Under the pieces are notes generated by a model, which worked only from the letters and a program-made list of their open reading frames with translations, made no database searches and was not told the origin of the DNA. A DNA stretch of 13,190 nt from Candidatus Hydrogenedentota bacterium (GTDB lineage Bacteria; Hydrogenedentota; Hydrogenedentia; Hydrogenedentales; SLHB01). Each line of letters starts with the position of its first letter. Within the stretch, counting starts at the first letter, position 1. Where the stretch lies: NCBI GenBank assembly GCA_045863335.1, contig BTVY01000085.1, positions 1 to 13,190 on the forward strand. Reading direction: 5' to 3'. Both the position numbers and the translations under genes were made by a program. This document shows positions 8,623 through 13,190 of the stretch, one piece after another.

Positions 8623-8695
8623 TATCGTGTCCCCTTGCGATTCGGGCGTGTTTCGAAATTTGTCCGGCATACGTTGCCCACAGTTTGACCAACTT

Positions 8696-8717
8696 GTGGT
8701 GCAGGCTTCCAGCCTGC
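8696..8717. repeat. Short REP-like unit GTGGT-GCAGGCT-TCC-AGCCTGC
   Basis: Perfect 7-bp hairpin preceded by GTGG, the tetranucleotide-plus-palindrome layout of REP sequences. Only one copy is in the window. Confidence 0.5.
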
Positions 8718-8785
8718 CGCTCGATATATGCATCTCCAGCGAGTGGAGGCAAGAGCCCCGCTGTCGAAACACATCAATGGAGACC

Positions 8786-9037
8786 CCTATGGAGTGCGGG
8801 CGCTTGCGACTGCTTTGGTTCGGTCTGATGAGGATTACCTAAGACAATCAAGGGCTGTTTCTAAAGGCTATGGCGTCGTGTCGGGCAACAAGGGATCGCG
8901 ACGTTGCGTGGCCTGTGAGGCAGGCTTCAAGATGTGCAAGGTCTATCGGTTTTCCCGCATTGCTCCGACGGGGTTAGGGCGGATGGATCAGACTAAACAA
9001 AAGCAGCCACGCTGAGGCGTGGCCGCACTCCAAAAGG
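8786..9037. repeat. REPIN/MITE-like element with GGAGTGCGG-type inverted arms
   Basis: Left arm CCTATGGAGTGCGG...CTGCTTTGGTTCGGTCTGAT (8786-8829) and right arm ATCAGACTAAACAAAAGCAG...CCGCACTCCAAAAGG (8987-9037). The TGGAGTGCGG block is complementary at 10/10 and the inner block at 17/20. Confidence 0.8.
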
Positions 9038-9087
9038 TGCCCGATCATCCGCTGCAACAAGTTGTTCGACAGCGGACACCGCAAGAT

Positions 9088-9264
9088 TCACGATGCCTTC
9101 TGAGCCGTTTTGGGCTTGCGCGGATGCAGTCGCACGGCTCTCTTGCCACTCTGTGCTTGCCGGGCTTTTGCCGCCTCGGCAATCTTCCGGATGTCATCGC
9201 CAGACGCCTCCGACAGCGCCGCGCGAATCTTGTGGATCTCGTCGATAATCGGATCGGTTTCCAT
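9088..9264 (-). CDS. 58-aa small protein of the DPIIxEIxxIR type found downstream of PIN-domain genes (absent from the ORF track)
   Basis: ATG 9264 lies 5 nt after the PIN stop, with AGGGA upstream. Translation: METDPIIDEIHKIRAALSEASGDDIRKIAEAAKARQAQSGKRAVRLHPRKPKTAQKAS; TGA at 9090-9088. Confidence 0.8.
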   Translation of the reverse strand: METDPIIDEIHKIRAALSEASGDDIRKIAEAAKARQAQSGKRAVRLHPRKPKTAQKAS

Positions 9265-9269
9265 TGCAG

Positions 9270-9500
9270 TTATTCCCTTGGCAGCTCAAGCGGCGTACAT
9301 ATGAGCGGCGGCTCGAAACCCTCGTCGCGACATAAATCTTCGATCTTGCCTCGCAGCGTTGCGTTGGCGAGGTGCCTGCAATTCCAGGTCAGCAAGAAGT
9401 CTATGCCGTGGACCGCCGCGATCGCAACGTGAAGCGCATCGATACGAGCGCTCGGGGGTAGACCGCCACCGGAACAAGGCGCTCGGCCAGCAGGACCGAA
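9270..9500 (-). pseudogene. 5'-truncated, frameshifted PIN-domain (VapC-like) toxin gene
   Basis: The C-terminal PIN motifs DALHVAIAAVHGIDFLLTWNCRHLANA...PPLICTPLEL are intact. The preceding helix SVLLAERLV is in a neighbouring frame, implying a 1-nt deletion near 9473. No N-terminal half or RBS is present. Confidence 0.8.
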
Positions 9501-9565
9501 GAACAGTAGCCGCAAGCGCTCAAGACATGTTTCACGACAGGGGCTTGCGGCAGGACGATTGTGAT

Positions 9566-9594
9566 TTGCAATTCAGTGCGATGTGCCGTATCAT
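9566..9594 (+). promoter_or_regulatory. Sigma70-type promoter upstream of the NYN leader
   Basis: TTGCAA (9566-9571), a 17-nt spacer, then TATCAT (9589-9594). The predicted transcription start is near 9601. Confidence 0.75.
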
Positions 9595-9600
9595 TACTTA

Positions 9601-9690
9601 AGAGTTAGCTAAATCAATCCCCTGGCAGTACGCGCCCCCTTGTTATGGCGGGGTGGCCGACCCCAGGGGATTTTTTCGGGCAGAGGGGGC
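9601..9690 (+). ncRNA. Candidate structured leader RNA / attenuator upstream of the NYN nuclease gene
   Basis: A perfect 10-bp stem, AATCCCCTGG (9616-9625)/CCAGGGGATT (9663-9672), runs into T6 (9671-9676). An inner stem pairs GCCCC (9634-9638) with GGGGT (9650-9654). GCCCCCT (9634-9640) is also complementary to the RBS AGGGGGC (9684-9690). Confidence 0.6.
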
Positions 9691-9697
9691 TGTATCC

Positions 9698-10396
9698 ATG
9701 CCAACAGCTATACTCATCGACGGGGAATTCTTTCTTTGGCGGCATCAAGCGGTCTTCGGCAAAGCACCCGCAGCGGACGTTGCCAAGGCTATGCACCGAA
9801 TGTGCTTGGAGCACCTGCGCCAACCCGTGGCAGGGCAACGGAACAAGGACCGAAAGAAAGAGTTTGAACGGCGGGATCTCTACCGCATCTTCTTCTACGA
9901 TTGCCCTCCGTTGACTAAACGGGTTCACAACCCCATCAGCAAGAAGCATATCGATTTCTCCAAAACGCCAACCGCTGAGTGGCGCCTCGCCTTTCACGAC
10001 GAACTGAAAAAACTTCGCAAGGTCGCCCTACGGTTGGGATATCTGAACGAGCGCAGCGGAAGTTGGGTACTCAAACCGACCAAGATGAAAGAACTGCTGG
10101 GTCGAACGATCACGGTCGATGAGTTGACGGACAACGATGTCCGCTACGATGTGATGCAGAAGGGCGTAGACATGCGCCTTGGCCTGGATATCGCCTCGCT
10201 CGCGTTCAAGAGGCAAGTTGACCAGATCATCCTCGTCTCAGGCGATAGCGACTTTGTTCCCGCCGCCAAGCTGGCTCGTCGTGAGGGAATTGACTTCATC
10301 CTTGATCCACTATGGGCCTCCATTCGTCCGGACCTGTTGGAACACGTGGACGGCATGCGCACAATCTGGCCGAAGAAGAGCGAACGTGACGGGTGA
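9698..10396 (+). CDS. NYN domain (LabA/DUF88, PIN-like fold) ribonuclease
   Basis: Motifs ILIDGEFF, YRIFFYDCPP, QKGVDMRLGLDI and LVSGDSDFVPAAKLARREG retain the acidic metal-binding residues. The start is re-called to ATG 9698, after AGAGGGGG. Confidence 0.92.
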   Translation: MPTAILIDGEFFLWRHQAVFGKAPAADVAKAMHRMCLEHLRQPVAGQRNKDRKKEFERRDLYRIFFYDCPPLTKRVHNPISKKHIDFSKTPTAEWRLAFHDELKKLRKVALRLGYLNERSGSWVLKPTKMKELLGRTITVDELTDNDVRYDVMQKGVDMRLGLDIASLAFKRQVDQIILVSGDSDFVPAAKLARREGIDFILDPLWASIRPDLLEHVDGMRTIWPKKSERDG

Positions 10397-10453
10397 TGAA
10401 GGTGCCGAACCCTCGCGAAAAGGGTTGCGACCTTGCGGAAATGTGTGTAATTC

Positions 10454-10493
10454 GTGGCCTGTCCCTTCTTTTCTCTTCTCCGTCCCTTCTTTT
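10454..10493. repeat. Pyrimidine-rich direct repeat (GTCCCTTCTTTT x2) at the GC boundary
   Basis: Exact 12-bp copies at 10461-10472 and 10482-10493. The first is part of GTGGCCTGTCCCTTCTTTT, which loosely resembles GTGGTCTGACTCCGTTTATT at 5210-5229. Confidence 0.55.
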
Positions 10494-10618
10494 GCAAAGT
10501 TTTAACCAGCACGCTACCTCATTGGGTCTAAGGGAGCCTTAACAATATAGTTCTGGACAAAAAGATTCTCACGGAATAAACTACTACCGGAAAGCCCGAC
10601 TTCCGGGAGGGGATGAAC

Positions 10619-12097
10619 ATGAGCAATCACGTCGCAATACTAGTTCTATCGCTATTTGTGAGCGCTGCAGACCCACGACTCAGCGTGCCCGAAAAACCGT
10701 TTACAGCAGAAGTACGTGCCGTTTATCACGCAGATTCGCTAAAGCTTCAAACGCCCGAGGGACAACTTCTAGTTTCGCTGTACGGTGTGAAGGGTGATCC
10801 CTTGGACCTGACAAAGATGAATGAAGCCAAAGAATTCGCTATCGCGGTGACAAAGGACCAAACACTGGAAATCCGGCCCGTCAAGACCATATCCGGCCTA
10901 AGTTATGTCGAGGTAATACTTCCTTCTGGCGAGGTACTCAACAAGCTATTGCTAGAAAAGGGCTTCGTTAAACTCGACACCCTCTCCGCGAGCAAAGACG
11001 AGGTATACACGGAAATTGCATCAAAGGCCGAACAGTTCGGTCCAAATGAAGAAAATGTAGACCCAGATATACCATCAGACGTCGCAAAAAGTGAAAGGCC
11101 CGAGGATTCGCGTCAAGCGCTTGCCAATTTCAAGTTGAAGAAGCAACTCACTGAAATTGCGCAGTTTGAAGCCGAAGTGGAGAAATGGCGGGCATTGCCC
11201 GAAAGTTATAGACGATCAATCGCCGCATCGTATGGTTACACACTCCGATCAGGAACCGCAAAGCTTTCGGAAGAGACAGCCAAGAGACAGCAGAAAGTTG
11301 AAGGAACGGTTCAGAAGCTCGAGGACAACCAATCGAAAATCGTCGCACACCAGGAGGCGATTGCTTCAGTGACCGCATCAGAGCAAGACGCATTGGCTGA
11401 TGTATACGATGATTTTGATCTAAAGTGGGATCAAGGGATGGCTGAAGGGTTTCACAAGAATATTCTTGCCGACGTGGCAACTGGTGACGAATACTCCGCC
11501 GGAATTAATGCTCGCCTCTTAGACAAATACAGCTATAAAGTCATGCTTGACCGATCTCGTGTTGACTCCGAAGCCTCGGCTGTTTCGGCGGCCCATGAGA
11601 ATATGCGAGCGGCACACCGAGGTGAGATAGCAAGTCTTGAATCTCAACACAGCGCAATCATCGGTATGATCAGGCGTGCGGAGGCGGATGCGCAGGCAGC
11701 CGCATCTATCACGGCAAAACATGAGAAGCACTATTCGGATGCACTTCAACGCATAAAAATGCTTGACGAAGCAGTGGGACAGGACTTACAGCCCTCACTG
11801 TTCCCAATTGTTACCGAACAGTTTAGAGGGAACAAGAGTGACAAATTCGCCAAATTCCCCGTTGAGTCAATCATCTGGCGCATCGATTGGTACGTGAAGA
11901 AAGCGGACAACAGCGCATCATTCTCGATTGACCTTTATGAAGCGCAAAACGATAAATTCCTCCAACACGTTATTACAGAACAGCCACCCTACAAATCATT
12001 TCTTATCTGCGAAGAGCCCGGCGAGTATTATTTGAAGGTAAATGCCGATGGCGCCGTGGAGTTCATTATTACTATCGTACAATTTGGGCACTCATAG
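10619..12097 (+). CDS. Exported protein: degenerate thermonuclease (SNase)-like domain, long helical/coiled-coil region and C-terminal beta-rich domain
   Basis: Signal peptide MSNHVAILVLSLFVSA. The segment FTAEVRAVYHADSL..LYGV..EAKEF..V.LPSGEVLNKLLLEKGF follows the SNase pattern. The middle is Ala/Glu/Lys-rich and the tail (WRIDW..FSIDLY..PGEYYLKVNADG) is beta-rich. GGAGG at 10606-10610 favours ATG 10619 over 10613. Confidence 0.7.
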   Translation: MSNHVAILVLSLFVSAADPRLSVPEKPFTAEVRAVYHADSLKLQTPEGQLLVSLYGVKGDPLDLTKMNEAKEFAIAVTKDQTLEIRPVKTISGLSYVEVILPSGEVLNKLLLEKGFVKLDTLSASKDEVYTEIASKAEQFGPNEENVDPDIPSDVAKSERPEDSRQALANFKLKKQLTEIAQFEAEVEKWRALPESYRRSIAASYGYTLRSGTAKLSEETAKRQQKVEGTVQKLEDNQSKIVAHQEAIASVTASEQDALADVYDDFDLKWDQGMAEGFHKNILADVATGDEYSAGINARLLDKYSYKVMLDRSRVDSEASAVSAAHENMRAAHRGEIASLESQHSAIIGMIRRAEADAQAAASITAKHEKHYSDALQRIKMLDEAVGQDLQPSLFPIVTEQFRGNKSDKFAKFPVESIIWRIDWYVKKADNSASFSIDLYEAQNDKFLQHVITEQPPYKSFLICEEPGEYYLKVNADGAVEFIITIVQFGHS

Positions 12098-12141
12098 AGT
12101 TCATCGCGAAACACTTTGTCCTTGTCGGCGGGAGGATAAAC

Positions 12142-13146
12142 ATGCAGTACATGTGCGAACAGTGCAATACCTCCTTGCAGATTCCCGACGAGTTTGCCGG
12201 TAAGGAGGGCGGGTGCAAGAATTGCGGTGCAAGGTTCGTTGTGCCACCGGCTCCTCAACAAACAAGTGACGTTACTCCTAAGAAGTCTGGCTTCAAAGCT
12301 GTGTTGCTTGGCGTAGCAGCTGTTTGCTTACTAGTGCTTGGGGTGGCGTTTGGCATCCAGCTAGGAAGAAGCGAATCGGACTCCACGCCTAAGGTTCCAA
12401 AAGAAGTGATGACCGCAATACGAGAAAACGCAGAAAGACAGCACCCTGGCAATAAAGAGGAACAAAACACAACTATTGCTGCGCAGATCGAGGCTTATCA
12501 TGCCATCAAGAACTATAGTACAAAAGCGTTTTCAAATGAAGAGTTGAATGATCTCCGATTTAATGCCGAACGAAATTACCCTGGTGACTACGTTCGTCAA
12601 AAAGACGTACTCGATACGGTGAGCAATGCAAGTGCAATGTTGAAGGGACTGGAGGCGGCACACAATATTCAAGTTGATACGCAGTTAAGCACATCGTCCC
12701 CTGACCGGAACACTACAGACTCTTTTCCCAGGCCCGCTTCTCCAACAGCCGTACTGCCGACGCCAAAGTCATCAATTTCCACCGTTCGTTGGCGAAACAA
12801 CGATGAGGAGATGAATAAGTCCTTAATCTCCTCCGAAGATCACGAGGACTACAAAGAAGTACTTTCTAAACTTAAAGCCATCAATTATGTCGAACGCACG
12901 GAATTTGATGGCGTACCGACAGTGTGGGTGACAGATAGCTTCTTAAGTACCAGTCAATATAAACAGGAGAATTTTCTTTTCGCGCTGTATTGCTACTGGA
13001 TGTGCGAACGACCTAGAGAGTTTGGGTACGTAATGATAGATAAGGATAGGGTAACTTGGGATCCGATGTTGGTGAAGCATACGAATGGAAAGTCCGTAGG
13101 GCAGTATCGGTTGCTCAATGAATGGCATGCCCAATGTGTACAATGA
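12142..13146 (+). CDS. Hypothetical single-pass membrane protein with N-terminal Zn-ribbon
   Basis: GGAGG at 12131-12135. CEQC-x16-CKNC zinc ribbon, TM helix AVLLGVAAVCLLVLGVAFGI, two internal helical repeats, a Ser/Thr/Pro linker and a C-terminal globular domain. Confidence 0.8.
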   Translation: MQYMCEQCNTSLQIPDEFAGKEGGCKNCGARFVVPPAPQQTSDVTPKKSGFKAVLLGVAAVCLLVLGVAFGIQLGRSESDSTPKVPKEVMTAIRENAERQHPGNKEEQNTTIAAQIEAYHAIKNYSTKAFSNEELNDLRFNAERNYPGDYVRQKDVLDTVSNASAMLKGLEAAHNIQVDTQLSTSSPDRNTTDSFPRPASPTAVLPTPKSSISTVRWRNNDEEMNKSLISSEDHEDYKEVLSKLKAINYVERTEFDGVPTVWVTDSFLSTSQYKQENFLFALYCYWMCERPREFGYVMIDKDRVTWDPMLVKHTNGKSVGQYRLLNEWHAQCVQ

Positions 13147-13156
13147 TCGTATTCGC

Positions 13157-13184
13157 CTGACACCTGCCCCTTTGGGCGGTTCAG
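13157..13184 (+). terminator. Imperfect hairpin after the last gene, possible terminator
   Basis: CTGA-C-ACC-T-GCCC-CTTT-GGGC-GGT-TCAG begins about 10 nt after the stop. No clear U-tract is visible before the window ends. Confidence 0.3.
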
Positions 13185-13190
13185 ATTATA

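Noticed and set aside
7427-8752. 441-aa Arg/Gly-rich ORF on the same strand as the DHDPS-family gene
   Set aside because: It is an alternative-frame artefact with the composition typical of GC-rich off-frame translation.
9270-9515. 81-aa ORF as an intact toxin
   Set aside because: Its first ~14 residues are off-frame or unrelated sequence, and the N-terminal catalytic part of the PIN domain is missing.
10587-10606. CCGGAA-N8-TTCCGG hairpin touching the RBS of the SNase-like gene
   Set aside because: The stem is only 6 bp and barely overlaps the SD, which is too weak to call regulatory.
10397-13190. Integron cassette array as an explanation of the low-GC genes
   Set aside because: I found no convincing attC sites (RYYYAAC...GTTRRRY with paired L boxes) between the genes, and no integrase is present.

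Overview
Bacterial DNA, GC-rich (about 60% by eye) up to about 10400 and clearly more AT-rich after that. The left 9 kb holds scattered carbohydrate and export genes: an amylosucrase (GH13_4), a 7-repeat FG-GAP propeller protein, a secreted GH29-like glycoside hydrolase, a Tat-exported Gfo/Idh/MocA oxidoreductase, a DUF2200 gene and a Tat-exported DHDPS-family aldolase. A 51-aa phage-type gene there is missing from the ORF track. The spacers carry at least four unrelated REP/REPIN-like palindrome families, and the window opens on an IS481-like end that appears to sit inside one of these repeats. The right part looks accessory: a truncated, frameshifted PIN/VapC gene with its small partner ORF, a divergent intact NYN ribonuclease gene, and two low-GC envelope genes (a degenerate SNase-like protein and a Zn-ribbon membrane protein). 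The best candidate for an undescribed system is the NYN locus. A sigma70 promoter precedes a ~75-nt structured leader with a 10-bp closing stem, a U-tract and an internal anti-Shine-Dalgarno segment, directly ahead of the RNase gene. This resembles an RNA-antitoxin or attenuator-controlled nuclease. The gene content suggests a Hydrogenedentota- or PVC-like host, which is a weak inference. All family calls come from motif recognition; no searches were run.
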